A stretch of DNA of 64,000 bases. Source: Terriglobia bacterium (lineage in GTDB: Bacteria > Acidobacteriota > Terriglobia > 20CM-2-55-15). Both the position numbers and the translations under genes were made by a program. Positions 1-9,754 of this stretch are shown here, piece by piece. Where the stretch lies: NCBI GenBank assembly GCA_963664115.2, contig CAXWPJ010000009.1, positions 608,001 through 672,000 of the forward strand, written 5' to 3'. Positions within the stretch are counted from its first letter, which is position 1; the number at the start of each line of letters is the position of its first letter. A model generated the notes under the pieces. That model searched no databases and had not been told where the DNA came from. It saw nothing but the letters and a program-made list of their open reading frames with translations.

Positions 1-21
1 GCCTGGTGGGCCGGGATCAAC

Positions 22-561
22 ATGACAGACGCGATCCGTGCCGCCGAGGCGGTCCAACCGGGTCTTGAACCCATCAAGGTCGCCCATAGCAAAGACGAAT
101 TCTTTTTGAGCGGAAGCGACCTTGAGGAATTCGCCGACTTCACCCCAGACGACTCCACGGTGAACCTGATCCCGTATCGCGATATCTATCTGAAGGGGCA
201 ACGGGAAGTAGTAGATCGCTACGTAAGCTCCGATCACTCTGACAAACCATTCACCCGGTGGCGGGGGAAGCTCATGAACGATCCCATCGCAACGGTGATC
301 CGGAACGGCCAGGTCGTCGGCGTCTGGGAATGGGATTCCAAAGCCCAGGGGACTTTGAACTTCGAGCTCTTCGAGAAAGGTATCGCGAAAGCAGATCTCG
401 GCCGGATCTCCAAGCGTGCTGCTGAGCTTGGCCGGTTCATTAGAAAAAACCTGAAAGACGGCCGCCTGCAGGGGACCGATTCCAACCGGCAAATGACTCG
501 AATCAGCGACTTGAAAACATACTGGGGTCAGGGAGCCGAGGCGGATGTCCCTGCCGTTTGA
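22..561 (+). CDS. AlkZ-like winged-helix DNA glycosylase family protein, C-terminal part (probably starts before the window)
   Basis: LIPYRDIYL and VIRNGQVVGVWEW resemble the LLPxFDxYL and GxVVGxW motifs of the AlkZ/HTH_42 family. Confidence 0.6.
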   Translation: MTDAIRAAEAVQPGLEPIKVAHSKDEFFLSGSDLEEFADFTPDDSTVNLIPYRDIYLKGQREVVDRYVSSDHSDKPFTRWRGKLMNDPIATVIRNGQVVGVWEWDSKAQGTLNFELFEKGIAKADLGRISKRAAELGRFIRKNLKDGRLQGTDSNRQMTRISDLKTYWGQGAEADVPAV

Positions 562-856
562 GATCGATCGAACCGAAGCATCCTATTGGTGGCGCACTAA
601 CGTAATCGCAGGTGTGATTCTCCACCGCTTGATGTGGCTCTTCATTGCGGCTTCGGCCGCTCTGGTCTGGCAAAGTTATCAGGTACTGGGTTTCCTCGTC
701 GTCCTGGGAATGATTCCCTACGGGTTTTTTCTCCGATTTCTCTCCGCACGGGCCTGTTCAAATTTTCTCGAAGAACATCCCGAAACCATCGATGAATTCA
801 TAGAAAACAGAGTTATTACGCGTGCGGGGACTGACGATTCCGTTCCTGAGCGGTGA
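545..856 (+). CDS. Small membrane protein, hypothetical
   Basis: 103-aa ORF with two hydrophobic segments, overlapping the upstream stop. Confidence 0.55.
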   Translation: MSLPFEIDRTEASYWWRTNVIAGVILHRLMWLFIAASAALVWQSYQVLGFLVVLGMIPYGFFLRFLSARACSNFLEEHPETIDEFIENRVITRAGTDDSVPER

Positions 857-964
857 CCTGACCATCGTCAACGAGTTCGCGCCGTGGACGGAGTAGTCTG
901 TCCCATCTTCTTTACACCTGCCCATTTGTTGCGAGGATTCGCCAATTCTGGATATGATGGGTCC

Positions 965-2827
965 ATGGAGCGAAAACACTACCCCATAGCTGTGTTGATC
1001 CTCGCCATAGTCGCCATATCCTCGATGGCTCTGGGCTCTCTCGTCCGAACACCCGTAGAGACAACGCCAAGCACACACCTGCTTGCGGCTAACGGCTTAT
1101 CGACAAACCAGTACATGGATCACGTCCGGTTCCTGGCGGATCCTGCAATGGAAGGCCGCGGAAACGGTGCGCCCGGATTGGAAGACGCAGCGGAGTATCT
1201 GGCAGCCCAGTTCCGCGCTTGGGGACTGCGCCCTGCCGGCGAGAACGGAACGTACTTCCAGACCTTTGAGTTGACAACCGAAACTGAACTGGGACCGGCC
1301 AGTCGGTTGACCCTTGGAGAACGGAACCTCCTTCCAGGAGACGAGTTCCAGTCGGTCCGGTTCTCAACGCCCGCCAATGTCGGGGGTTCCCTGGTCTTCG
1401 TCGGTTACGGCATCACGGCGCCTGAAATGCATTGGGACGACTACGACGGGGTCGATGTCACCGGCAAGATCGTGGTGGTTTTTCGCCACGAACCTCAGGA
1501 ACAGGACGAGGACAGCCCATTTAACGGCACGGCGTTTACCTCCCACGCGTCGCTGATGAACAAAGCGATCAACGCCAGGCAACATGGAGCGGCCGGCATC
1601 GTGTTCATTCTGGACCCGAACAACCACGGAAGCGATGAAGAGGCGATCGTGGCGACCGCGACAGGCACTGCGACAGACAACTCCGGCATTGCGGCCGCGT
1701 ATGCGCGCGCGGAACCCGTGCTGTCCTATTTCGAAGCCGGAGGCTTCGATTTGCGTCAGATGCAGCGCGAGATCGATACCCAACTGGAATCCCGTTCGTT
1801 CGAATTCGCTGGCAGCACGGCGAACCTGACGACGGATATCCTTCGGATTCGAAAGCCCGTGCGTAATGTCTTAGCGGCCATCGACGGTTCGGACCCGGAG
1901 CTGAGGAATGAATGGGTCATCGCCGGAGCGCACTACGACCATCTGGGTCTGGACGGAGAGTTTTCCCTGGCCCGCGATGGGAACGGCCAGATACACCACG
2001 GAGCCGATGACAATGCGTCGGGTACCGCAGGCATTCTGGAGTTGGCACGGATTGCAGGACGAAATAAGGACTCTTTCAAGCGTTCGGTCCTGCTGATGGC
2101 GTTCGCGGGCGAGGAAGTAGGACTGCGTGGATCCAGCCACTTCGTCGCCGAACCCACGATCGATATCGAGAATGCCGTCGCCATGTTGAATCTGGACATG
2201 ATCGGACGGTTAAGAGATGACCATGTCTATGTGAGCGGTGTCGGAACCTCTCCAGATTTCAGGACAGCTTTGGAAGAACTCAACGAATCCGTCGGCCTGT
2301 CGCTGGACTATTCCAGTTCGGGAATGGGGGCCAGTGACCACATGTCGTTCAACATCAAAAAGATTCCCGTTCTCTTTTTCTTCTCGGGCCTCCACAGCGA
2401 CTACCATCAGCCATCGGACACGGCAGACAAGATCAATGCGGACGGAGCACGCAAGGTCCTGATGCTCGCCTACCAGATGCTGGGGCGTTTGGCCGCAGAG
2501 GTCGAACGACCTCTCTACACGGAGGTTTCAGAGCCCCGACCGGTCACTGGGAGTGGCGGGGGATATGGCCCGTACTTCGGGTCGGTTCCCGACTTTCGGG
2601 ACGACCTGGGCGGCGTCCTGTTTGCAGACATCAGTCCGGCGAGTCCCGCCGAGGAGGCCGGCTTCAGGGCCGGAGACCTCATGGTCGAATTCAACGGCAA
2701 GCAGATTCAAAACCTATATGACTTCACCTATGCGTTACAGGCCGAGGCACCCGGAAATACAGTAACCGTCGTTGTCGAACGGGACGGTGAGCCGATGAGC
2801 GCTGAGGTCACCCTGGGGACACGTTAA
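965..2827 (+). CDS. Secreted M28 family metallopeptidase with PA and C-terminal PDZ domains
   Basis: Signal peptide after ATG 965; GAHYDHLG, GADDNASG, GEE, NLDMIGR, SDH and DYHQPSD motifs; PDZ-like tail. Confidence 0.92.
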   Translation: MERKHYPIAVLILAIVAISSMALGSLVRTPVETTPSTHLLAANGLSTNQYMDHVRFLADPAMEGRGNGAPGLEDAAEYLAAQFRAWGLRPAGENGTYFQTFELTTETELGPASRLTLGERNLLPGDEFQSVRFSTPANVGGSLVFVGYGITAPEMHWDDYDGVDVTGKIVVVFRHEPQEQDEDSPFNGTAFTSHASLMNKAINARQHGAAGIVFILDPNNHGSDEEAIVATATGTATDNSGIAAAYARAEPVLSYFEAGGFDLRQMQREIDTQLESRSFEFAGSTANLTTDILRIRKPVRNVLAAIDGSDPELRNEWVIAGAHYDHLGLDGEFSLARDGNGQIHHGADDNASGTAGILELARIAGRNKDSFKRSVLLMAFAGEEVGLRGSSHFVAEPTIDIENAVAMLNLDMIGRLRDDHVYVSGVGTSPDFRTALEELNESVGLSLDYSSSGMGASDHMSFNIKKIPVLFFFSGLHSDYHQPSDTADKINADGARKVLMLAYQMLGRLAAEVERPLYTEVSEPRPVTGSGGGYGPYFGSVPDFRDDLGGVLFADISPASPAEEAGFRAGDLMVEFNGKQIQNLYDFTYALQAEAPGNTVTVVVERDGEPMSAEVTLGTR

Positions 2828-3942
2828 TGCTTCATATTGACAGGCGATTGATGGTAGCGGCTGTGGGATTGCTCCTGGCTGCATGCGGGACGACCGGTGA
2901 GCTCGATGATCAACCTGCCAGCACCGATCCGGGACCTGCGAGCTCGCCTGCCACCGCCCGGGCAGTTGAGCCTCACCCGGATGAAATCCACATTCAGAAT
3001 CCGAGACAACTGACCTTCGGCGGAGAGAACGCGGAGGCTTACTTTTCTTCGAACGGCGAGGACATCATCTTTCAATCCACACGCGACGCCAACCGGTGTG
3101 ACCAGCAGTACACAATGAAGACGGACGGGTCCGATCTGAGGCGGGTCAGCACGGGTGAAGGACGCACCACCTGCGGATACTACACGCCGGACGGGTTGAC
3201 GATCATCTACGCGTCGACTCATCTGGGAGCGCCGGAATGTCCGCCTGTTCCCGACCAATCGCTGGGTTACGTGTGGCCACTGTACCGCTCGTTCGACATC
3301 TTTGCGGCGAACGCGGACGGCACAGGCCTCCGCCGACTCACTGATGCCGATGGATACGACGCCGAGGGAACGGTCTCTCCCGACGGCGAGAAAATAGTCT
3401 TCACCTCGACACGAGACGGTGACCTCGACATCTACACGATGAATCTCGATGGCAGCGAGCAGACCCGATTGACCGATGAACTCGGTTATGACGGGGGCCC
3501 GTTCTTCTCGCCCGACAGTCAGTGGATCGTCTACCGGGCCAGTCATCCCACCGACTCCGGAGAAGTCGCTCAATATGAAGAATTGATAGCACAGGACCTG
3601 GTCCAGCCGGACAATCTCGAAGTCTGGATCATGAGGGCGGACGGGAGCGAAAAGCGCCAGATAACCTCTTATGGAGGCGCCAACTGGGCGCCGTATTTCC
3701 ATCCGAGCGGTGAAAAGATCATTTTCGCGTCAGATATGGACAACTTGAGCCCGCGAGTTCCCAACTTCGAGCTCTATATGGTCAATATCGACGGCACGGG
3801 CCTCGAGCGTCTGACCTTCGATGACTCATTCGACGGATTCCCCATTTTCAGCGCGGACGGCTCGCAGCTGTTATGGGCATCGAATCGATTTGCCGAGAAT
3901 GAGGGCAACACGAACGTTTTCATAGCCGACTGGGTGGAATAG
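2827..3942 (+). CDS. TolB-like PD40 beta-propeller lipoprotein
   Basis: Lipobox LLAAC; repeated SPDGxKIVFxS and RLT motifs. Confidence 0.88.
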   Translation: MLHIDRRLMVAAVGLLLAACGTTGELDDQPASTDPGPASSPATARAVEPHPDEIHIQNPRQLTFGGENAEAYFSSNGEDIIFQSTRDANRCDQQYTMKTDGSDLRRVSTGEGRTTCGYYTPDGLTIIYASTHLGAPECPPVPDQSLGYVWPLYRSFDIFAANADGTGLRRLTDADGYDAEGTVSPDGEKIVFTSTRDGDLDIYTMNLDGSEQTRLTDELGYDGGPFFSPDSQWIVYRASHPTDSGEVAQYEELIAQDLVQPDNLEVWIMRADGSEKRQITSYGGANWAPYFHPSGEKIIFASDMDNLSPRVPNFELYMVNIDGTGLERLTFDDSFDGFPIFSADGSQLLWASNRFAENEGNTNVFIADWVE

Positions 3943-3951
3943 GAGAACGAA

Positions 3952-4170
3952 ATGCCATTGTTTGAATATGTTTGTGGTGAGTGCGGAAGCAAATTCGAAA
4001 AAATCGTCCGTACCCACACCGCGTCCGTTGAATGTGTCAGTTGCAATAGCGTGAAGGTCGAACGTCAGTTGTCCGTCTTCGCCGTCGCTAGCGGTGGCAC
4101 TGAAAGTGCCCCTGCTGAATTCTGCGGACCCTGTGGAATGCCCGGACCGGGCTGCGGAAGCGTCAATTAA
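3952..4170 (+). CDS. FmdB family zinc-ribbon protein
   Basis: MPLFEYVCGECG...CVSC motif; RBS AGGAG. Confidence 0.9.
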   Translation: MPLFEYVCGECGSKFEKIVRTHTASVECVSCNSVKVERQLSVFAVASGGTESAPAEFCGPCGMPGPGCGSVN

Positions 4171-4303
4171 GAAAGTGACTCCAGGTCAGTGACACCCAAG
4201 ATTTCCGAACTCACCACGCGTCACTGGTCGCGCGTCACTCCGGCCGGTAGGCCCCCGACTCGAAGGGAACATTGCTTCTTGCGCGTGTGCTAAACTCCAG
4301 CTC

Positions 4304-7162
4304 ATGCAGGATTTAGCGCGCCGACTGCAGGAGAGAATCTCTGGTGAGGTCCGTTTCGATCCGGCCTCGCGTTTCCTCTACAGCACCGACGCCAGCATCT
4401 ACGAGATCGAACCGATCGGCGTCGTCATCCCCAGAAACCTTGAAGACATACTTGCGACTGCCGAGGTCGCGGCCGAGTTCGGCGTCCCCGTACTGCCTCG
4501 GGGCGGAGGGACCAGCCTCGCCGGCCAGACCGTCGGTCACGCCGTCGTCATCGACTTCTCGAAGTACTTGAATCGCGTTCTCGAAGTAAACACCGAGGAA
4601 GGTTGGGCATGGGTCGAACCCGGGGTCGTCCAGGAACAGTTCAACAAGCACCTGCACCCGATGGGATTCCTCTTCGGGCCCGACACCTCGACGGCAAGCC
4701 GCGCAACCATAGGCGGCATGATGGGAAACAACTCCGCCGGGTCACACTCGATCGTATATGGCAAGACGGTCGATCACGTTCTCGAAGTCGACGCCGTCCT
4801 GGCTTCCGGGGAGCGCCGGATCTTCAAGGAGATGGACTTCGAACATGCTCGCCGGAAGGGCGGTTTAGAAGGACGGATTGCCGACATCATCGATACGAAC
4901 AGAAGTGAGATCGAACGGCGATTTCCAAGCCTCATGCGCCGGGTCAGTGGATACAACCTCGACGAATTTTGCCGAAACGGGAAATTCAACCTGGCCAAGC
5001 TGCTGGTGGGTTCGGAAGGAACCCTGGCTCTGGTCAACCGCGCCAAGGTCCGGATCGAACCCCGGCCCAAGGCGACGGCATTGATGGCTGTCCATTTCAG
5101 CGACATCGTAGATTCGATTCGAGCAACTCAGTCCATTCTTCCTCTCGACCCGTCGGCGGTTGAGCTCATCGACGACGTCATCCTGAACCTCGCGAGGGGA
5201 TCACTGGAGTTCTCACGGCAGATCGGTTTCATCGAAGGCCGCCCCGGCGCGATTCTGCTGGTCGAATTTTACGGAGAAAACAGAAAAGAACTCGAAGCAC
5301 GCCTGGATCAACTTGAGAGCATACTCAAACGCGACGGGCTCGGCTATGCCTATCCCCGTTCGTTGGAAGCAGCCGGCCAGGCTGCGATGTGGAAGGTGCG
5401 CAAAGCGGGCCTCGGACTCCTCCTCGGCATGAAGGGCGAACGGAAACCGATCGCGTTCGTGGAAGACTGCGCAGTGGAACCCGATCAACTGCCTGAGTTT
5501 TTCAGTCGCTTTCGCTCCGTAGTGGACAAGTACGAAACCAACGCCGGTTATTACGGCCATGCCAGCGTGGGTTGCCTGCATATTCGCCCTCTGATAAACA
5601 CGAAGCTGTCCTCTGAAATCCGGAAAATGAAGGACATGACGAACGAGATTGCCGATCTGGTCATGGAGTTTGGCGGCGCCATGAGCGGTGAACATGGCGA
5701 TGGGCTCGCTCGAAGCCACCTGAATAAGAAGCTTTTCGGACCTCAGATATACCGTGCGTTCCAGCAAGTGAAGCGGGCCTTCGATCCTCTGAACCGGATG
5801 AACCCCGGGAAAATCGTAAACGCTCCCGAAATGGATCAAAACCTCCGTTACGGAGAGGCCTATGAAACGATCACGGTAAGCACGCATTACGACTTCACGA
5901 GAGAAGGCGGGTTCGCCACAGCTATCGAACTGTGCAATGGCAACGGCGCGTGCCGCAAGACGGGGGAAGGCACGATGTGCCCCTCCTACATGGTCACGCG
6001 TGAGGAGGAACACTCTACCCGGGGCCGGGCAGATCTGATGCGGGCCGTGCTTTCCGGAAAACTGGAAGAGCGGGAACTGTCGGGACAGATGCTCTACGAC
6101 GCCCTGGACCTTTGCCTCGAATGCAAGGCCTGCAAAGCCGAATGCCCGTCGAACGTGGACATGGCCAAATTGAAGTATGAATTCCTGGCGCGGCACAACG
6201 ACACCCACGGCACCCCCCTGCGTTCACTTTTGTTCGCCCACATTCACCGTCTCAACCGGGCCGCCTCCTGGTGGCCGGCCGCAGCGAATCAAATGATTAA
6301 GAGCCCGACTCTCCGGAGATTTCTGGAGCGGGTCTTGGGAATTGATGCCCGAAGGCAGCTTCCTGCGTTCGCAGATGAAACATTCGAAGCATGGTTCCGG
6401 AAGCGCCCCGTCCAGACGACAACTGGAAGTGCTCCCGTAGGCCGAGTGGTCTTGTTCCACGATACGTTCATGAACTTCAACCATCCAGAAGTCGGTCGAG
6501 CCACCATACAATTGCTTGAGGCCGCCGGTTACGAAGTGCAGCTCGCGGATCGGGTATGCTGCGGTCGACCGATGATTTCGAAAGGCCTGGCCGAAACAGC
6601 CCGCTCCCATGCCGCTCACAACGTGCGCGAATTTCTCGGGTGGGTCGACGCAGGTTATACGATCGTAGGTTGCGAACCGAGTTGCATTCTCACCTTCCGG
6701 GACGAATACAAGGATTTACTCCAGGGAGACTCCGTTCAGAAAGTTGCTGATGCCTGTTTGCTCCTGGACGAGTTCATTGACCGGGAAACACGTGAAGGGC
6801 GATGGCGACTCGAATTCGGTCCCTCCCGTGAAAAAGCCCTGCTTCATACGCACTGCCACCAGAAGGCCCTGGTTGGAAGTGCTCACCTGATTCGCATGCT
6901 CGGCGCCGCATACGAAGTATCCGAAGTCGATTCCGGTTGCTGTGGCATGGCGGGCTCATTCGGTTACGAAAAGGAGCACTACGACCTGTCGCTCCAGGTC
7001 GGTCAACGACGCCTGCTACCCGCAATTCAAAACGTCCCCGATGCCGTCGTCATAACGCCAGGAATCTCATGCCGCCAACAAATCCAGGACACAACAGGCC
7101 GACGTGCCCTGCATCCGGCGGAAGCACTCGTCCGAGCCTTGGAAAACAGCGCAGTCTCATAA
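4304..7162 (+). CDS. FAD-linked oxidase with 4Fe-4S and CCG domains (GlcD/GlcF-type fusion)
   Basis: PRGGGTSLAGQ FAD motif, SGEHGDG, CLECKACKAEC ferredoxin motif, CCG motifs. Confidence 0.92.
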   Translation: MQDLARRLQERISGEVRFDPASRFLYSTDASIYEIEPIGVVIPRNLEDILATAEVAAEFGVPVLPRGGGTSLAGQTVGHAVVIDFSKYLNRVLEVNTEEGWAWVEPGVVQEQFNKHLHPMGFLFGPDTSTASRATIGGMMGNNSAGSHSIVYGKTVDHVLEVDAVLASGERRIFKEMDFEHARRKGGLEGRIADIIDTNRSEIERRFPSLMRRVSGYNLDEFCRNGKFNLAKLLVGSEGTLALVNRAKVRIEPRPKATALMAVHFSDIVDSIRATQSILPLDPSAVELIDDVILNLARGSLEFSRQIGFIEGRPGAILLVEFYGENRKELEARLDQLESILKRDGLGYAYPRSLEAAGQAAMWKVRKAGLGLLLGMKGERKPIAFVEDCAVEPDQLPEFFSRFRSVVDKYETNAGYYGHASVGCLHIRPLINTKLSSEIRKMKDMTNEIADLVMEFGGAMSGEHGDGLARSHLNKKLFGPQIYRAFQQVKRAFDPLNRMNPGKIVNAPEMDQNLRYGEAYETITVSTHYDFTREGGFATAIELCNGNGACRKTGEGTMCPSYMVTREEEHSTRGRADLMRAVLSGKLEERELSGQMLYDALDLCLECKACKAECPSNVDMAKLKYEFLARHNDTHGTPLRSLLFAHIHRLNRAASWWPAAANQMIKSPTLRRFLERVLGIDARRQLPAFADETFEAWFRKRPVQTTTGSAPVGRVVLFHDTFMNFNHPEVGRATIQLLEAAGYEVQLADRVCCGRPMISKGLAETARSHAAHNVREFLGWVDAGYTIVGCEPSCILTFRDEYKDLLQGDSVQKVADACLLLDEFIDRETREGRWRLEFGPSREKALLHTHCHQKALVGSAHLIRMLGAAYEVSEVDSGCCGMAGSFGYEKEHYDLSLQVGQRRLLPAIQNVPDAVVITPGISCRQQIQDTTGRRALHPAEALVRALENSAVS

Positions 7163-7163
7163 G

Positions 7164-8276
7164 ATGTCAAATCTCATACAAGGAACAGCCACACTTGAAG
7201 GGACCGCCAGATTCGCGGACCGGTTCCCCAGAGCGGCTCCCGGGCATTTCCGGAAAAGCCTGGGACTGACGCTGGCGTCTATTGGAGTGGGCACGTATCT
7301 GGGAGAAGCCGATAGACGGACAGACGAGCTCTATAAGCAATCGATTGTACGAGCGGTTCAAATGGGCTCCAACGTGATCGATTCGGCGATCAACTATCGA
7401 TATCAGAGAAGCGAAAGAGCGATTTGCGCCGCGCTAAAAGATCTTCAAAAGGATGGATTCAGACGGGAGGAATTGATCATTGCAACCAAAGCCGGATTTT
7501 TGAGTTTCGACGGCGAACCGCCGTCCGACCCCAGCGAGTATTTCGAAAAAACGTATCTGAATTCCGGGTTACTTTCTCCAGGTGATATCGCCGCAGGCTC
7601 CCACTCAATCGCGCCAGCTTATCTTGAAAACCAGTTGAATCGCAGCCTCGAAAACCTTGGATTGGAAACCATCGATGTTTTCTACATTCACAACCCTGAG
7701 ATTCAGCTTGAAGAGATTGAAATCCAGGAATTTTCCAAACGATTGCACAGTGCCTTCGAGTTTCTCGAAACGGCGGTAGAGGCCGGTAAAATTCTGATGT
7801 ACGGAACCGCGACCTGGAACGCTTACAGGACCGCACCAGATTCCCGCGGCTTCTTGAACCTCTCCGACATTGCTCAATGGGCACGTGACGTTGGGGGACA
7901 GGATCATCACTTCGGCGCCATTCAACTCCCGTACAGTCTTGCGATGAGGGAGGCGTTCGCGCTGAGAAATCAGAAGGTCGGGAACACGCTTGTCTCAACG
8001 CTGGAAGCGGCCCACGAACTGGGCATCACCGTCATGGCGAGCGCATCAATGCATCAGGCTCGCTTAACCCGAAATCTGCCTGAGTTCCTGGGCAGGCATT
8101 TGCCGAACCTCGCCACAGATGCTCAGCGCGCGATCCAGTTCGCCCGGTCGACACCAGGAATCACAAGCGCCCTAGTCGGTATGAGCCGTCCCAACCACGT
8201 CGAAGAAAACCTCCGGTTGGTAGAAATTCCCCCTGTTCCCGCGGACAGTATTCAAAACCTGGTCAATGCTGCGTAA
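7164..8276 (+). CDS. Aldo/keto reductase
   Basis: IGVGTY, IDSAINY, IATKAG, SLENLGLETIDVFYIHNP. Confidence 0.9.
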   Translation: MSNLIQGTATLEGTARFADRFPRAAPGHFRKSLGLTLASIGVGTYLGEADRRTDELYKQSIVRAVQMGSNVIDSAINYRYQRSERAICAALKDLQKDGFRREELIIATKAGFLSFDGEPPSDPSEYFEKTYLNSGLLSPGDIAAGSHSIAPAYLENQLNRSLENLGLETIDVFYIHNPEIQLEEIEIQEFSKRLHSAFEFLETAVEAGKILMYGTATWNAYRTAPDSRGFLNLSDIAQWARDVGGQDHHFGAIQLPYSLAMREAFALRNQKVGNTLVSTLEAAHELGITVMASASMHQARLTRNLPEFLGRHLPNLATDAQRAIQFARSTPGITSALVGMSRPNHVEENLRLVEIPPVPADSIQNLVNAA

Positions 8277-9270
8277 CTACATCGAAGGTCGCGAACGGCG
8301 CTGGCACCAGCGAGACTCGAATCGTTTACCCAAACCGTTCGAGTGGGGCATCGAGCATCTGAATCTCAAAAACGGATCCGACCCGAGGGTTGCTTTGGAG
8401 GAATTTGCGGACGAAGCTGTTCAGGACAGCGAACGCTTCTACGCCTATTCTCCTACTGAGGATTATCAGTTCGACGGCTACACGCTTCAGTTCCCGAGCG
8501 CGGTCAAAACACCCCACGGCGTCAATAATACCGTCTGGGGACGCTTCTTTCCGGCCGCAGGGCCACTGGCCGTCATCGTGTTGCCTCAGTGGAACGCCCA
8601 ATGGGGAAGCCACATCGGTCTGTGCCGCGTTCTCCAACGCTTTGGCATCACAACGCTACGGCTGAGCCTGCCTTACCACGACCATCGACGGCCTCGGGAA
8701 CTGGAGCGCGCCGAACCCCTCGTGGGCCCAAACGTCGGGCAGACCATGGCGACAACCCGGCAGGCAGTGCTCGACGTGCGGCGCTGTGCCGACTGGCTCG
8801 CGAACCGCGGATACGACAGGCTCGGCGTTCTGGGCACCAGTATCGGATCTTGCATCGGCTTTCTGGCAATGGCTCACGATCCGCGCCTCCAGTACAACGC
8901 GTTCATACACGTGTCGTCCTACTTCGCCGATGTGGTGTGGGAAGGACTCTCGACCGGCCACGTTCGAGAGTCTTTGGAATCCTCCCTCCGCTTGGAAGAA
9001 TTGCGGCGGTTCTGGGCGCCAATCAGTCCATACCCCTTCATTTCGCGGCTCAGCAACGCTCCAAGGCCGATGCTTGTGATTTCGGGACGATACGATCTGA
9101 GCTTCCCGTATCATCTTACGCGGAAGTCCTTTGAGGATTTTGACCGGCATAGAGTCCCCTACGAACGCGTACTTCTTCCCTGCGGGCACTACACCATGGC
9201 CCTGTTCCCTTTCAGAGAGATCGTTGGATTTCAGATTGTGAAGTTCTTCAGGCGGTACAGGGGCAGTTAA
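8266..9270 (+). CDS. Alpha/beta hydrolase (ABHD18-like)
   Basis: GTSIG nucleophile elbow, GRYD, CGHY. Confidence 0.8.
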   Translation: MLRNYIEGRERRWHQRDSNRLPKPFEWGIEHLNLKNGSDPRVALEEFADEAVQDSERFYAYSPTEDYQFDGYTLQFPSAVKTPHGVNNTVWGRFFPAAGPLAVIVLPQWNAQWGSHIGLCRVLQRFGITTLRLSLPYHDHRRPRELERAEPLVGPNVGQTMATTRQAVLDVRRCADWLANRGYDRLGVLGTSIGSCIGFLAMAHDPRLQYNAFIHVSSYFADVVWEGLSTGHVRESLESSLRLEELRRFWAPISPYPFISRLSNAPRPMLVISGRYDLSFPYHLTRKSFEDFDRHRVPYERVLLPCGHYTMALFPFREIVGFQIVKFFRRYRGS

Positions 9271-9364
9271 GAATAGAATGAGAAATCAAAAGTTTCGAGT
9301 TATGAGATAAGGGATGGGGTTTGAAACTTCTGACGTTCAACCCTTAACTCCTGACTCTTAAGAG
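9265..9364. repeat. Heptamer-period inverted repeat element (GAGTTAx / xACTCTT type)
   Basis: 7-nt periodic arms; related arms at 41048-41094 and 42836-42898. Confidence 0.5.
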
Positions 9365-9378
9365 TACAATTCCTGGCC

Positions 9379-9513
9379 ATGACCTGTGATCTATGCAACG
9401 ACGATGATGGAAAAGGCACACACTATCACGCCTTCATAGACGGCAAGCATTACTGGATCTGCGGGCCTTGTAAAGAAAGGCTGAAGATCGAATCCGAACA
9501 CACCGACGAATAG
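9379..9513 (+). CDS. 44-aa CxxC...CxxC zinc-finger mini-protein (not in ORF track)
   Basis: MTCDLCNDDDGKGTHYHAFIDGKHYWICGPCKERLKIESEHTDE; TACAAT at 9365-9370. Confidence 0.6.
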   Translation: MTCDLCNDDDGKGTHYHAFIDGKHYWICGPCKERLKIESEHTDE

Positions 9514-9754
9514 TCCCGGGGCAGCGAAGACACGTGCTGCCCGTCGTTTACCTCTTTTCCATAAGATTTTTCACCGCAAAGGCGCGAAGACGCAAAGGTG
9601 AATTTTCAACACGAAGACACGAAGGTGACGAAGTCTATTTATCGCGGGGATCTGGGAAGAATATATTGACTGCGGAGATATGGAACAGCTTTCGAATCGT
9701 TCAGCGATACAAGGGACTCGTTTTTTGTCCGAGGCTCATCACGTGTCACTACAG

